IMG/VR virus record: IMGVR_UViG_3300008107_000220
Span: 1-59,852 of that record
Direction: 5' to 3' (one strand)
Source: a virus
Lineage: Duplodnaviria > Caudoviricetes
Length of the DNA stretch: 59,852 nucleotides
Shown here: positions 34,971-45,554 of the stretch, in pieces
Layout of the letters: the number at the start of each line of letters is the position of its first letter
Numbering within the stretch: the stretch's first letter is position 1
Position numbers and translations under genes: made by a program
The notes under the pieces: generated by a model
What the model was told of the DNA's origin: nothing
Databases searched by the model: none
Seen by the model: only the letters and a program-made list of their open reading frames with translations

Positions 34971-34999
34971 GATGGATAAGCGATAATAAAGTTTTTACT

Positions 35000-35422
35000 T
35001 TATTCTATAGTTGGTATTTCTTCAATATTATCAATTCCTATTATACCATTAACTTTGTCCATATACCAATCTGGCACATTTCCGTTTTTAACATCTTCTG
35101 CACTATAATGTGGCACATACCTTTGATTTTTATCATCCCAAGCTGTTAATATTTGCGTTTGATCTGTTTTTTCAAATGGTGGTTTCCATAATGATCCATT
35201 TTCATCAAAAATATATGATTCAAATGGTTTGGGACGATAGAATAGATCTTTTTCACGGTCATATATATCCCCTATTGCTGCGTATTTTTTATTTCCTGTA
35301 TTGTTATATGAAGTTTGAATCCAATCCTCACTATCCTCAAGAGAATATATGAATAATCGTGTTGCACTAATAACATCTATAACAATATTAGTTTGTTTAT
35401 CTATTTTTGCAAAATAACTCAT
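35000..35422 (-). CDS. fibre-associated small protein, paralog family A
   Basis: M.(H/Y)FA...W.QTSYN...YA..G..Y...D.F..P.P. Confidence 0.75.
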   Translation of the reverse strand: MSYFAKIDKQTNIVIDVISATRLFIYSLEDSEDWIQTSYNNTGNKKYAAIGDIYDREKDLFYRPKPFESYIFDENGSLWKPPFEKTDQTQILTAWDDKNQRYVPHYSAEDVKNGNVPDWYMDKVNGIIGIDNIEEIPTIE

Positions 35423-35454
35423 ATACTTCTAACAATTTTAGAACTATTTATTTT

Positions 35455-36567
35455 TTAATTTGTATACTTAATAAGCACCACGCCAGTGCCACCATTACCT
35501 TTATAATTGCCACCACTGTTGCCGCCTCCGCCTGCTCCAGTATTGGCTGCTCCATTAGTACCAGTAGCAGTTTGACCTCTGTTAGTAATACCACTAGTAC
35601 CCCCTCCACCACCATAGTAGGTAGATGGTCCAAATTGAGTAAATTGCAATCCAAAACCACCAGTAGATGAGGGATCACCATTAAGAGGACCTGATCCAGG
35701 AGCTCCTGCTCCTCCTGCTCCACCTCCTCCAGCAGCACTAGTAGATGGTCCTGTTCCGCCTCCAGGATTTCCAAACTGTGAAAAATTTGGATTTGGAGTA
35801 AATGGGGAATTTTGAGAAGGTTGAGTTCCCGGACCACCAGCATTTCCTGAGTTATCTCGTGACGCTCCTCCACCAGACCCACCCGCATTACCATTTGCAG
35901 TTAAAGTGGCGCCACCACCTCCACCACCAATAGCAGTCATTCCAAATGCACTTGAATTTCCACCATTACCACCACTACACCCAGAAGAACAACTATTTTG
36001 TCCCCCACCACCTCCACCAACAACAATAGGATATGCTCCAGGAGTAAGAGTATAAGAAGCATGTCTTACAACACCGCCACCGCCTCCACCACCGCCGCCA
36101 TGGCACCCGAGTTGACCCCCGCCGGCGCCGCCTCCACCAGCAACAATAAGAACTTCAACATCAGCAAGTCCACTATTTACTACAAAAGTATCAGATGTTG
36201 TAAATGTATGTACAATATATCCAGATATTGTTGTTTTTGTTCCGCCAGTAGCTGTGATTGTACCCTTTGCAACTTCAACCCAAGAAGTTTGATTATAGTA
36301 TTCAATAACACCCTTAGTGCTATTATAAATTACAGTGCCAGCAGCAGTTCCAACACCAGCATTTCTACCAGTCGTTGTTGTTTGTCCTAAACCAACACCA
36401 GAAGAACTAATGAACTTATTACTAACAGTAATACTGTTACCAACACTTACATTTACATTTCCTAGAAAAGTCGTGACACCAGCAACTGTAATACCAGTAT
36501 CAGTGACCGTGACCGTTCCTAATCCACTGCGGTTTTGTATCTGATTTACACGAACTTCTGACGCCAT
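35455..36567 (-). CDS. glycine-rich (polyglycine) adhesin-like fibre protein
   Basis: ATGG..HTFT..VAGGGG...GGGGG...GVVLIKY. Confidence 0.8.
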   Translation of the reverse strand: MASEVRVNQIQNRSGLGTVTVTDTGITVAGVTTFLGNVNVSVGNSITVSNKFISSSGVGLGQTTTTGRNAGVGTAAGTVIYNSTKGVIEYYNQTSWVEVAKGTITATGGTKTTISGYIVHTFTTSDTFVVNSGLADVEVLIVAGGGGAGGGQLGCHGGGGGGGGGVVRHASYTLTPGAYPIVVGGGGGGQNSCSSGCSGGNGGNSSAFGMTAIGGGGGGATLTANGNAGGSGGGASRDNSGNAGGPGTQPSQNSPFTPNPNFSQFGNPGGGTGPSTSAAGGGGAGGAGAPGSGPLNGDPSSTGGFGLQFTQFGPSTYYGGGGGTSGITNRGQTATGTNGAANTGAGGGGNSGGNYKGNGGTGVVLIKYTN

Positions 36568-36586
36568 TGTTTAGCAGACTTTTGAG

Positions 36587-36594
36587 TATTTATA
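36587..36594 (-). promoter_or_regulatory. T4-type late promoter TATAAATA
   Basis: Exact match. Confidence 0.7.
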
Positions 36595-36940
36595 GTTCAG
36601 GAGGATCCCCTTCTGGTTTTGGATGCTTTTCTTTAACTGCTTCTACCATCTGAACCCATTTACCATTCTCCAAATTACCAGACTTGATATCATCATAGAG
36701 AAGGTTCAGTTGGTCTTTCCAATCTCCATACTCCGTTTCACGATTACGAGCATAGAGATAGTAATTATAAGTTTCTACATCCTTTTGAATTTGTGCTTCT
36801 ACTTCTTCCCATTCAGGTGGTTCAGATCCGTGGGGGCAGGACCAGCGCGTAAAGGTCCTGTTATAGAGATCAAATGTAGCATCAGGACGAAGATATTTAA
36901 TAGCAGTATCTACGCCAGGCAATCTCGGTGCATTTTTCAT
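36590..36940 (-). CDS. fibre-associated small protein, paralog family B (XkdW/chaperone-like)
   Basis: AI..LRP.A...PP.WEE...Y...R..EY....DQL..LY.D...VK..HPKP. Confidence 0.75.
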   Translation of the reverse strand: MKNAPRLPGVDTAIKYLRPDATFDLYNRTFTRWSCPHGSEPPEWEEVEAQIQKDVETYNYYLYARNRETEYGDWKDQLNLLYDDIKSGNLENGKWVQMVEAVKEKHPKPEGDPPEL

Positions 36941-36974
36941 TTCAAGTTTCTCCTAAAAAATTATAAGTGTTTTA

Positions 36975-37382
36975 TCACTCTGCTGCTGGTGCTTCTGGGG
37001 TAACGAGATCCCACTGGGTATTCTCTTCGTCCCACTGATAACGTGAACCAGCAGCGACTTCTGCTTCGGTCAGTTCAGGTGCAGGTCCAACTGGCGACTC
37101 CCAGTCAGCAGTTTCGTTATTGAGAACCCAAGACTCAAAAGGTTTTGGTGCGACGAAGGCATCCAGTCCAGCATTGTATGAATAACCAACGCCAGCATAA
37201 CGCTTTCTGATGCTGCTGTTATAAGAGGTCTGAACCCACTTGCCACCTAGAAGCTTCTTACAGAAAGCAATGCCTAGAATCTCATCCTCTTCGCCAGTGT
37301 GAGGATCCGTAATATCTTTGTTATCTACTACGATAACTTGTGTGACGACGTTGTTTTCGTCCAATCTCGCAAAATGTGCCAT
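36975..37382 (-). CDS. fibre-associated small protein, family A
   Basis: MAHFA...WVQTSYN..IRKRYAG.GY. Confidence 0.8.
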   Translation of the reverse strand: MAHFARLDENNVVTQVIVVDNKDITDPHTGEEDEILGIAFCKKLLGGKWVQTSYNSSIRKRYAGVGYSYNAGLDAFVAPKPFESWVLNNETADWESPVGPAPELTEAEVAAGSRYQWDEENTQWDLVTPEAPAAE

Positions 37383-37428
37383 AAGTCTTTATTCGTGAAT
37401 ATAATAAATGAATGGTATGCTTTATTTA

Positions 37429-39351
37429 TTATGATGGGTAAGCAATGATGACGATACCGGAACCACCGTTGCCACCATTTCTCCAAATGGGATATCCACC
37501 AGCACCACCACCACTGCCAGTATTTTGAGTTCCTGCTCCAGCAACAGGTCCATTGCCTGCACTTCCTACTCCACCACCGCCAGGACCACCAGAACCAGCA
37601 GTTCCATTATAAGTGCCTCCACCACCACCACCAGCATATGTTGTTGCTGTTCCAGAAATAGTATATTGAACTCCATTACCACCCGGTCCGCCAGTTGATC
37701 CAGAAGCGTTACTACCTGCACCACCAGCACCGCCGCCTCCGCCACCTGACCCATAATTATCTCCACCACCAGTATTACTTCCAGTGCCGCCAGGATATCC
37801 CCATCCTGATGCTGGTGATACGGTGTCTGGAGAAGCACCAGTAGCACCTGATCCAGTTCCTCCTGGTTGAATTGTTCCACCAGGTCCAGGAGCTCTACCA
37901 CCTCCACCACCAGAACCACCAGGAAGACCAGTGCTTCCATAGTTTGGAGAACCTGCTCCACCACCAGTAGCAGTTATGGATCCAAATGAAGTGTCACTAC
38001 CATTTGTAGCCTGAACTCCTAAATCACCATTTCCCGTATTTCCACCAGAACCAATAGTAACAGTGTAAATTCCTGGAGATAATGATACTGGTGATGAAGT
38101 AGCATAACGAATTGCGCCAGCACCGCCGCCGCCAGAAATAGTACCTCCACCTCCTCCACCACCAGCAACTGCAAGGTAATCAACAGAAGTTAATGATGGA
38201 CTTGTGATTGTAAAAGTTCCTGATGATGTAAATGTATGAATAGTTTTTCCACTGGCATAAGAAATTGTTCCCCCAGATGCTTTAACCGCTTGTTGTCCTA
38301 TTTGATATCGGAGAATAACAATTCCAGATCCTCCTGAACCACCAACTGAAGCGCCTGCAGTGCCACCACCACCGCCAGTATTAGTAGTTCCATTACCTCC
38401 AGGTCCGCTTCCACCACCTCCTGCTCCACCAGATCCTTGACTTCCACCGTTTGATCCGCCGGCACCACCACCAGCATAAGTTACTGATGCACCAGAAATA
38501 GATGAAGATTGACCAGCACCACCAGGTCCACCAGAAGCTGGTCCACCGTTTGAACCAGCAGTACCAGCACCACCACCACCACCGCCGCCGTTTGTTGTAT
38601 TTTGAGAAGCACCAGTACCACCTGGATTTCCTTGTGGTGGTGATGCTGGTGGAGTGTTTCCTGTGCCAGCAGGTGCTAGAGGTCTTCCAGAATCTGAACC
38701 GCCGTCGCCGCCGCCAGATCCACCAGGTTGTCCAGCATTTGCATTACTATTTGAGAAGCTTCCTCCGCCGCCGCCACCAGTAGAAGTTATTGTTGAAAAC
38801 ACTGATGGATTTCCATTAGTGCCCGGAACACCTACCGGTCCAGTATATCCACCACCACCAGCACCTACAGTAACCGTATAAGAACCAGGAGAAGTACTTA
38901 CTTGTAATCCGATACCAGTTCTAAATCCACCAGCACCACCACCACCATTATTACTACCAGCTCCGCCACCGCCAGCAACTACAAGATATTCAATAGTATT
39001 ATTGAGTGGTGTGGTGTTTAATACTGTAAAAGTTCCTGATGAGGTAAAAGTGTGTGCCTGATATAATACTCCATTACTAACATAATTAGTAATTGTTCCA
39101 CCAGATGCTTGTATAAATGAAGGACTACTAGAAGCATTCCAAGCAGTTCCATTGTAAACTTCTATTTGTCCAGTAGAACTATTGTAAATGATAGTTCCAG
39201 TTGCAGTTCCTACACCAGCATTGCGTCCAGTGGTTGTTGTAGCACCTAACCCAACACCAGCATTACTAATAAACTTATCACCAACAGTAATTGACGTACT
39301 TGCCGTAATCGTACTAACACCAGAAATACTGTTGAAATTAATGATTGCCAT
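37429..39351 (-). CDS. adhesin-like protein with two tandem glycine-rich domains
   Basis: Two ASGG..HTFTSSGTF...VAGGG...GSGIVI units. Confidence 0.8.
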   Translation of the reverse strand: MAIINFNSISGVSTITASTSITVGDKFISNAGVGLGATTTTGRNAGVGTATGTIIYNSSTGQIEVYNGTAWNASSSPSFIQASGGTITNYVSNGVLYQAHTFTSSGTFTVLNTTPLNNTIEYLVVAGGGGAGSNNGGGGAGGFRTGIGLQVSTSPGSYTVTVGAGGGGYTGPVGVPGTNGNPSVFSTITSTGGGGGGSFSNSNANAGQPGGSGGGDGGSDSGRPLAPAGTGNTPPASPPQGNPGGTGASQNTTNGGGGGGGAGTAGSNGGPASGGPGGAGQSSSISGASVTYAGGGAGGSNGGSQGSGGAGGGGSGPGGNGTTNTGGGGGTAGASVGGSGGSGIVILRYQIGQQAVKASGGTISYASGKTIHTFTSSGTFTITSPSLTSVDYLAVAGGGGGGGTISGGGGAGAIRYATSSPVSLSPGIYTVTIGSGGNTGNGDLGVQATNGSDTSFGSITATGGGAGSPNYGSTGLPGGSGGGGGRAPGPGGTIQPGGTGSGATGASPDTVSPASGWGYPGGTGSNTGGGDNYGSGGGGGGAGGAGSNASGSTGGPGGNGVQYTISGTATTYAGGGGGGTYNGTAGSGGPGGGGVGSAGNGPVAGAGTQNTGSGGGAGGYPIWRNGGNGGSGIVIIAYPS

Positions 39352-39381
39352 CTATCTTATAATAAGACTTCCAGTTTTGAA

Positions 39382-39389
39382 TATTTATA
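39382..39389 (-). promoter_or_regulatory. T4-type late promoter TATAAATA
   Basis: Exact match. Confidence 0.7.
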
Positions 39390-40380
39390 CGACGACCCAA
39401 ACGCCATCAATTCCCAAAGATCCATTTACAGTCACTGGACCTGCCATCAGACCATTAAAAGCAGTGCCAATATAATGATTGCCGTTCAGAGTATTATCCA
39501 TCACCACCATTCCGTTTGAAATGTAAAGTCCCTGGAATGAGTTACCGACACCAGTGAGTGCTGTTCTATTTAATGTTGTCGTATTAATTCCAACTTCACT
39601 CGTCGTTGAAATACCAGCAGCAGAAGTTTCCCAGAAGATATTACCAATGGTTCCCTGTACACCCTGTCGTCCCTGAATACCTTGAATACCTTGTGTTCCA
39701 GTTGCTCCTTGAGTACCCGTTGCTCCTTGTGTTCCAGTAGCACCTTGAGTGCCTGTTGCTCCTTGTGCTCCGGTAATTCCTTGAATACCTTGTGCTCCAG
39801 TAGTACCCTGAGTACCTTGTGAACCTAAAGTACCATTAAATCCTTGAGCACCTTGTACACCTTGAATACCTTGAGTACCTTGTGAACCTAAAGTTCCATT
39901 GAAACCTTGAGCACCTTGAACACCTTGGATGCCTTGTGTTCCATTCGTACCTTGAGTACCTGTTGTTCCTTGAGTACCCTGTGTTCCTTGTGTACCTTGC
40001 GTTCCAGTAGTACCTTGTGTTCCAGTAGTTCCTTGTATACCTTGAACTCCTTGGATACCCTGAGTTCCTTGGATACCCTGAGTACCCTGGACTCCTTGAA
40101 TACCCTGAGTACCTTGGATTCCTTGAGTTCCTGTAATGCCTTGAATACCCTGGACTCCTTGAGTGCCTTGAGTTCCTTGAGTACCTAGTATTCCTTGAGT
40201 TCCTTGAACACCTTGCCTTCCCTGAACTCCTTGAGTACCTTGAGTTCCTTGAACACCAGTGACACCTTGTACGCCCGTGTTAATTCTTACCCAAGAGTTG
40301 CCATTAAACTGCCAAGTCGTATCGTTGGCGACGTATGTATCGTTTACAGCAGGATTATTGGGAAAATTAAGGGCTGCCAT
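39385..40380 (-). CDS. collagen-like fibre protein
   Basis: MAALNFP...W.FNG.SW N-domain, about 70 G-X-(Q/T) triplets, C-terminal AGPVTV...WVVV. Confidence 0.85.
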   Translation of the reverse strand: MAALNFPNNPAVNDTYVANDTTWQFNGNSWVRINTGVQGVTGVQGTQGTQGVQGRQGVQGTQGILGTQGTQGTQGVQGIQGITGTQGIQGTQGIQGVQGTQGIQGTQGIQGVQGIQGTTGTQGTTGTQGTQGTQGTQGTTGTQGTNGTQGIQGVQGAQGFNGTLGSQGTQGIQGVQGAQGFNGTLGSQGTQGTTGAQGIQGITGAQGATGTQGATGTQGATGTQGATGTQGIQGIQGRQGVQGTIGNIFWETSAAGISTTSEVGINTTTLNRTALTGVGNSFQGLYISNGMVVMDNTLNGNHYIGTAFNGLMAGPVTVNGSLGIDGVWVVV

Positions 40381-40397
40381 TATGTGTTTTTAGTTAT

Positions 40398-40709
40398 TTA
40401 TTCTGTCTTTGGATACTTATCTTTGATTGCCTGAATTTGTGCTGCCATTTCTGGAGGGAAAACTCCAGCGTGAAACAGAGCATCAAGTTGATCTGTGATT
40501 GCTGGGTATTCTGGTGCTCTTTGGCGTTGGTATTCTGTATTTTGATAATATTGCTTTACTCTCTCAAACTCTACTATAACATCATCTTCAGATGGCAATG
40601 GAGTTCCATCCAGAGTATGAATATTATCATATCCAGTTCCATCAATATGTATTGGAACATTGGGGAGAAGATTTTGTACTGCTTCTGTAAGAATTCTAAT
40701 AGTTTTCAT
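40398..40709 (-). CDS. family B small protein
   Basis: EYQRQRAPEYPAITDQLD...IKDKYPK. Confidence 0.75.
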   Translation of the reverse strand: MKTIRILTEAVQNLLPNVPIHIDGTGYDNIHTLDGTPLPSEDDVIVEFERVKQYYQNTEYQRQRAPEYPAITDQLDALFHAGVFPPEMAAQIQAIKDKYPKTE

Positions 40710-41215
40710 TATCCTGCTATCTCCATTGCTGTAAATGTTGTTACACTTGTTGCATCATCAACTGCTACTCCGGATGGGGTATCATTCCAATAAACCGTTC
40801 TTCCACTATCATAAGGAAGAAATTGAATTTTATAAGAAAGTGCTGAAGTTGTTGCTGGACTGTCTAAATACTCCCAACCAATTGCCTCTCTCCAAGAATC
40901 GTTACCTGTACCACCAATACAAAAACTTCCATTATAAGCATCACCACTTCCACCAACTACTGTCCCATTTCTGGTAAATCTAAAAAAGCAACTTGTACTA
41001 CCAATTATCCCAAATTGAAAAGTAGTACTTAACAGTATTCTACTTGATGTGCTTGATGGAGTAATTGTTAAAGTTCCAAATGGGGTATCAGTAAAAGCAG
41101 AAATACCAGTGCTAGTAGATTTTGAAGAGTAAACAACTTGAACTACCTGTAAAACCCTTCCTCTATTAGGGGTTCCAGTGGTAGTTTGAATATCGTTAAC
41201 CTTAATTAAACTCAT
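40709..41215 (-). CDS. beta-rich fibre-tip-like protein, paralog family C
   Basis: VLQVVQ...TITPSSTSSRIL...LDSPATTS..SYK...TAMEIA. Confidence 0.75.
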   Translation of the reverse strand: MSLIKVNDIQTTTGTPNRGRVLQVVQVVYSSKSTSTGISAFTDTPFGTLTITPSSTSSRILLSTTFQFGIIGSTSCFFRFTRNGTVVGGSGDAYNGSFCIGGTGNDSWREAIGWEYLDSPATTSALSYKIQFLPYDSGRTVYWNDTPSGVAVDDATSVTTFTAMEIAG

Positions 41216-41520
41216 CAGTCTTCTCCTGGTTTTGGATATTGATTTTTCACTTCATCAACCATTGCTTTCCAACCATCATAACCTTGATGATATAAAGTAT
41301 CTAGTTGGTCTTGAATAGAAGGGTAAGCAGTAGCACGATCTCTTTGATATTGATTGTTTTCATATTCTGCTTGGAGTCTTTCTATTTCTTGATTAATTTC
41401 TTCTTCTGTTGGGGGAGGAAGTTCGTTTTCATTAGACCAAACAAGATTTTCATAATCTTCACCTAATATTGACCAACTTGCACCCGGTCTTAATGATTGT
41501 AATGCATGTGTGATATCCAT
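41215..41520 (-). CDS. family B small protein (start revised to MDITHAL)
   Basis: LRPGASW...YQRDRATAYPSIQDQLD. Confidence 0.75.
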   Translation of the reverse strand: MDITHALQSLRPGASWSILGEDYENLVWSNENELPPPTEEEINQEIERLQAEYENNQYQRDRATAYPSIQDQLDTLYHQGYDGWKAMVDEVKNQYPKPGED

Positions 41521-41525
41521 AAAAA

Positions 41526-42056
41526 TTAAGCGGTAAATTCTAAACAAGTAATAGTAGATATTGATCTTTTTCCAATGGCGTTATCCGCATCAGTTGAAGA
41601 TCTATTTACAAAAAGAGTGCCAGTATTATCATTATTTACATAAACTCCATAAGTAGTAGCAGATGTGGTGGCAGGACTATCAACAACAGACCAAGCAAAA
41701 GCGTTGTGTTGATTTGCATCTCCTGCCCAAGTCAATGGAACATTACATTGCTGTCTAGATCCAGAAGCATCTCCTAGTTGAATGTTAGTAGCACCATTTC
41801 TTCTAACAGTTGCTCCATAAGTTGTGCTTGCTTGAGATACAGAATGTGATATACTAACCATCACCAATATTTTACTAGAAGTTGATGTTGGTGTAATAGT
41901 TGCTGTTAAACCAGTTATAGCAGTTACTGTTCCATTAGCAACACAAGTGAATGTTGAAGTTAAAATTCCTTGAACAACCTGTATAATACTACCAGTACTA
42001 TTCAGAATAGGTTTTCCAGCAGTAGTTTGAATTGCGTTGGTTTTAATGGTACTCAT
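41526..42056 (-). CDS. family C fibre-tip-like protein
   Basis: MSTIKTNAIQT..GSIIQVVQ...DSPATTSATTY. Confidence 0.75.
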   Translation of the reverse strand: MSTIKTNAIQTTAGKPILNSTGSIIQVVQGILTSTFTCVANGTVTAITGLTATITPTSTSSKILVMVSISHSVSQASTTYGATVRRNGATNIQLGDASGSRQQCNVPLTWAGDANQHNAFAWSVVDSPATTSATTYGVYVNNDNTGTLFVNRSSTDADNAIGKRSISTITCLEFTA

Positions 42057-42385
42057 TATTCAACACCCTCTGGTTTAGGATACTTTGCTTTCACAGCAAG
42101 ACACGCATCTATATATGCCTGTATTTGCTCAGTATCTCCTTTTACAATACCATCAAGATATTCTTTAAAATCTGGGTATTCTTTTGCTCTTAGTCTTTGG
42201 TATTCAGTGTTTTCCCATTCTTGTTGAAGTCTTGCTACTTCTGCTTCAACTTCTTCTTTTGTTGGCTTCTTCTGACCACCTTCCCATACTGGTTTTTCTA
42301 ACCACTGAATACCCTCATACTCATCCCCCCTCAAAGTCCACTCTGCTCCTGGTCTCAGAGATTTAAGTGCTCTTGTAATATCCAT
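42056..42385 (-). CDS. family B small protein
   Basis: MDITRALKSLRPGAEW...EYQRLRAKEYP. Confidence 0.75.
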   Translation of the reverse strand: MDITRALKSLRPGAEWTLRGDEYEGIQWLEKPVWEGGQKKPTKEEVEAEVARLQQEWENTEYQRLRAKEYPDFKEYLDGIVKGDTEQIQAYIDACLAVKAKYPKPEGVE

Positions 42386-42921
42386 TATGCCGAAACCTCC
42401 ATTGCTGTAATTGATGATGACCCTCTCAATTGTGTCGTGTCATTGGTATCAACGAAATTGCGATTAAGAGTTATTGTTCCACCATTCGTAACTCTCCATT
42501 GTATTTTATAAGTAGTCGCAGAAGTAGTCGCTGGGGAGTCAAGAAACATACGCATACAAGTAAATAATTGATAATCGTAAGCAGTAGAAACACTTGATTC
42601 AATTTCAAATATCCCACTCTCTTGACTTCCTGCCGCACCCTTTCCATATATTACAGTTCCTCCACGAAGCAATCTAAACATATAATTTACACCCAATCCT
42701 CCATCACCACCACAAAGAATATCAGGGATGATCAAAACTTTACTAGATGATGAACCTGGAGTAATTGTTACAGATAAAGAACCAGTATCATTAAAAGTTC
42801 CACTTGTCGTAGTAGAAACTACATTATCCACAGTTTGAACAACCTGTAAAATACTACCAGTACTATTCAGAATAGGTTTTCCAGCAACTGTCTGAATTGC
42901 GTTGGTCTTAATGGTACTCAT
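42385..42921 (-). CDS. family C fibre-tip-like protein
   Basis: MSTIKTNAIQT..GSILQVVQ...LDSPATTSATTYK. Confidence 0.75.
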   Translation of the reverse strand: MSTIKTNAIQTVAGKPILNSTGSILQVVQTVDNVVSTTTSGTFNDTGSLSVTITPGSSSSKVLIIPDILCGGDGGLGVNYMFRLLRGGTVIYGKGAAGSQESGIFEIESSVSTAYDYQLFTCMRMFLDSPATTSATTYKIQWRVTNGGTITLNRNFVDTNDTTQLRGSSSITAMEVSA

Positions 42922-42945
42922 ATCACTTCACATTTCCTCTATTTA

Positions 42946-44670
42946 TTATACCACAGTCCAAGTGGCACCCGAGTCAACTGTAACCGTGATGCCAGAATTC
43001 ACGGTGATGGGTCCAATACTCATTTCATTATAAGTCGTTGTGACCGTGTAGTTAGATGCGATAGTCGTCGTGTTGCGGAAGAATGGTACTGTCTCAGCAT
43101 TGAAACCATTATAAGCACTAATCGTTCCACTGGTCTGTAAGTTACCAGTTGATGGATTAATCTGAAATGCTTGTGATGTAGTTCTTACACTTGCGGTTTG
43201 ATTAGAACCTGCTGCCGCAACAAACACTGGATAGAATGTTGAGTTGGTTGTAACAGCAGTCGCATTAATGGTCGTAGATGGACCAGCAATACCTTGAATA
43301 CCCTGAGTTCCAGTGGTTCCTTGTGCTCCAGTTGTTCCTTGAGTACCAAAAGAACCTTGAGTACCTTGAGCACCAGTCGCACCTTGAGCACCTGTAGTTC
43401 CTTGTGCTCCAGTCGTACCTTGTGTTCCCAAAATACCTTGAATACCTTGAGTCCCCTGAACACCTTGAGTACCTTGAATGCCTTGTGTTCCCAGAATACC
43501 TTGAATACCCTGTGTTCCCTGAACTCCTTGAGTACCTTGAATGCCTTGTGTTCCTTGTGTTCCTTGAGTGCCGTTAGTTCCTTGCCTTCCTTGAACACCT
43601 TGTGGACCAGCAGAAGCAAAGGTCGTAATATCAACAATCTCACCACCAGAAGCAGCAACACCTAAGACAACAGCAGTTCCACTTGTCGCAGTGTATTCGG
43701 CAGGAGTCAGACGAACACCATTGACATAAACATCAATGTCTGTTCCATCGGCATAAGTCGCACTGAATGATGTCTGACCATTCGTAGCAGTATAATTATA
43801 TTCTGTTCTACTAAAGTTAGTTCCCTGAAGACCTTGAATACCTTGTGTTCCTTGAGTACCTTGAGTACCCTGAACACCTTGAGTACCCTGAGTGCCTTGC
43901 GTACCAGTGATTCCTTGAATGCCTTGTATTCCTTGAGCACCTTGAGTTCCCTGAATACCTTGAATGCCTTGAGTACCCTGTGTTCCCTGAACTCCTTGAA
44001 CACCTTGAGTACCCTGAACACCTTGAGTACCTTGTGTTCCTTTGTCACCAGTTCTTGCGAAAGTAATAATGACATCCTCGTTATTTGAGAATGATGAAGC
44101 ACTAGCAGTACTGATACCACAAGGAACCGTAAAGTATCCAGTGTTTTCTAAACTTGCTCCAATGATTGCAAAGAGAGCAAAGTCTGATGGATTGGTTCTA
44201 TTTGAAATCTTAAAGTGACCCTTGATCGTAGAAGTAGAGTCGTCAATGGATCTTAAGTAGTCCTGAATATCAGTTCCATTGTCATCCTGGTCATCAATAT
44301 AAAGTTCAAAAGCACTGGATACTAAAGCATTGTTTAATTTAAGTCTTCCAATACCAGGGTCTGAACTTGTGGTATTGCTGTCAAAAGTATAGTCAAATGT
44401 GGCACCACCAAAGTTTCCTTCTGTTCCTTGAACGCCCTGAACACCTTGTCTACCTTGAATTCCTTGAGTGCCCTGAACTCCTTGAACACCTTGAATACCC
44501 TGTGTTCCTTGAGGTCCTTGAACACCTTGAATACCTTGAATGCCTTGAGTACCTTGTGCTCCAGGGTCAGGTATTCTTATCCAGCTGCTTCCGTTCCACT
44601 GCCATCTTTTACCATTGGCATTGTAGAGTTGGTTTAAAGACGGACTAGTTGGAAAGTCTAATGCTGCCAT
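42946..44670 (-). CDS. collagen-like fibre protein (three G-X-Q blocks)
   Basis: MAALDFP N-domain; G-X-Q runs separated by globular domains; C-terminal IGPITV...WTVV. Confidence 0.85.
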   Translation of the reverse strand: MAALDFPTSPSLNQLYNANGKRWQWNGSSWIRIPDPGAQGTQGIQGIQGVQGPQGTQGIQGVQGVQGTQGIQGRQGVQGVQGTEGNFGGATFDYTFDSNTTSSDPGIGRLKLNNALVSSAFELYIDDQDDNGTDIQDYLRSIDDSTSTIKGHFKISNRTNPSDFALFAIIGASLENTGYFTVPCGISTASASSFSNNEDVIITFARTGDKGTQGTQGVQGTQGVQGVQGTQGTQGIQGIQGTQGAQGIQGIQGITGTQGTQGTQGVQGTQGTQGTQGIQGLQGTNFSRTEYNYTATNGQTSFSATYADGTDIDVYVNGVRLTPAEYTATSGTAVVLGVAASGGEIVDITTFASAGPQGVQGRQGTNGTQGTQGTQGIQGTQGVQGTQGIQGILGTQGIQGTQGVQGTQGIQGILGTQGTTGAQGTTGAQGATGAQGTQGSFGTQGTTGAQGTTGTQGIQGIAGPSTTINATAVTTNSTFYPVFVAAAGSNQTASVRTTSQAFQINPSTGNLQTSGTISAYNGFNAETVPFFRNTTTIASNYTVTTTYNEMSIGPITVNSGITVTVDSGATWTVV

Positions 44671-44681
44671 TATCTACTTTT

Positions 44682-45152
44682 TTAGTTATTTATTTGAGTT
44701 TCTACAACCCATCCAGTTGTATTATCTGCTTGATATGCTGCCTCATCCCAACGATAATAAGATCCTGCTTCTTTTTGTTCTACAGTCATTTCTGGTTGAG
44801 GAATTGGAGAATCCCACATACCAGTTGTGGTATTCAGTGTCCAAGAATCACAACCTTCTGGTTTTGCTGGATGGAAGATATCGTGCTCTGAATTATAATA
44901 CCAACCAATACCAGGATAGTTAGCACGGAAAGCTGGTTTGCCACTTGGTTCATTCGTTTCAGCATCATAATGAATACCAGCACGACTATTATAAGAACAC
45001 TGTTTCCAGTTCTCGTGCCCGTGATGTTTTACAAGGTGCTCTACACCAATCTCTTCTTTTTCAATGCCGCCACGAGTCATAGCATCAACAGTATCCATTG
45101 CTAAAACAGCAAGAACAATATTGTCAATTCCTATTTTTGCGAAATGTGCCAT
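44682..45152 (-). CDS. family A small protein
   Basis: MAHFA...WKQCSYN...FRANYPGIG. Confidence 0.8.
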   Translation of the reverse strand: MAHFAKIGIDNIVLAVLAMDTVDAMTRGGIEKEEIGVEHLVKHHGHENWKQCSYNSRAGIHYDAETNEPSGKPAFRANYPGIGWYYNSEHDIFHPAKPEGCDSWTLNTTTGMWDSPIPQPEMTVEQKEAGSYYRWDEAAYQADNTTGWVVETQINN

Positions 45153-45160
45153 CTTTATAA

Positions 45161-45523
45161 CTACGGTTGTGGTCCTTCTGGTTTAGGATGAGTTGTTTTA
45201 ACTGCCTCAATCGCAGTCATCCATGTTCCATTATTTAGGTTTCCTGCCTTTAAATCGTGATAGAGCATATCCAATTGATCCTTTACACTTGGATAGTCTT
45301 TTTCACGATTTCTTTCGTAGAGATAATAATTATAAATCTCTACTTCTCTTACAACTTCTTCTTGGATTTCTTCCCAGGTCGGTGGTTCCCTTCCTTCATC
45401 ATCTTCCCACCCAACAAAAGTGGTATTTGATAAATCCCAACGGGCACCAGGACGAAGAGTATTAATTGCGGTATCTACACCAGGAACAGGGTATTGGATA
45501 CCCTTAAACTTTCTATAAGCCAT
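45161..45523 (-). CDS. family B small protein
   Basis: PGVDTAI..LRP...YNYYLY.RNRE; close paralog of 36590..36940. Confidence 0.8.
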   Translation of the reverse strand: MAYRKFKGIQYPVPGVDTAINTLRPGARWDLSNTTFVGWEDDEGREPPTWEEIQEEVVREVEIYNYYLYERNREKDYPSVKDQLDMLYHDLKAGNLNNGTWMTAIEAVKTTHPKPEGPQP

Positions 45524-45554
45524 AAAGTATCAAATAAGTGATATACAGGAGTAT

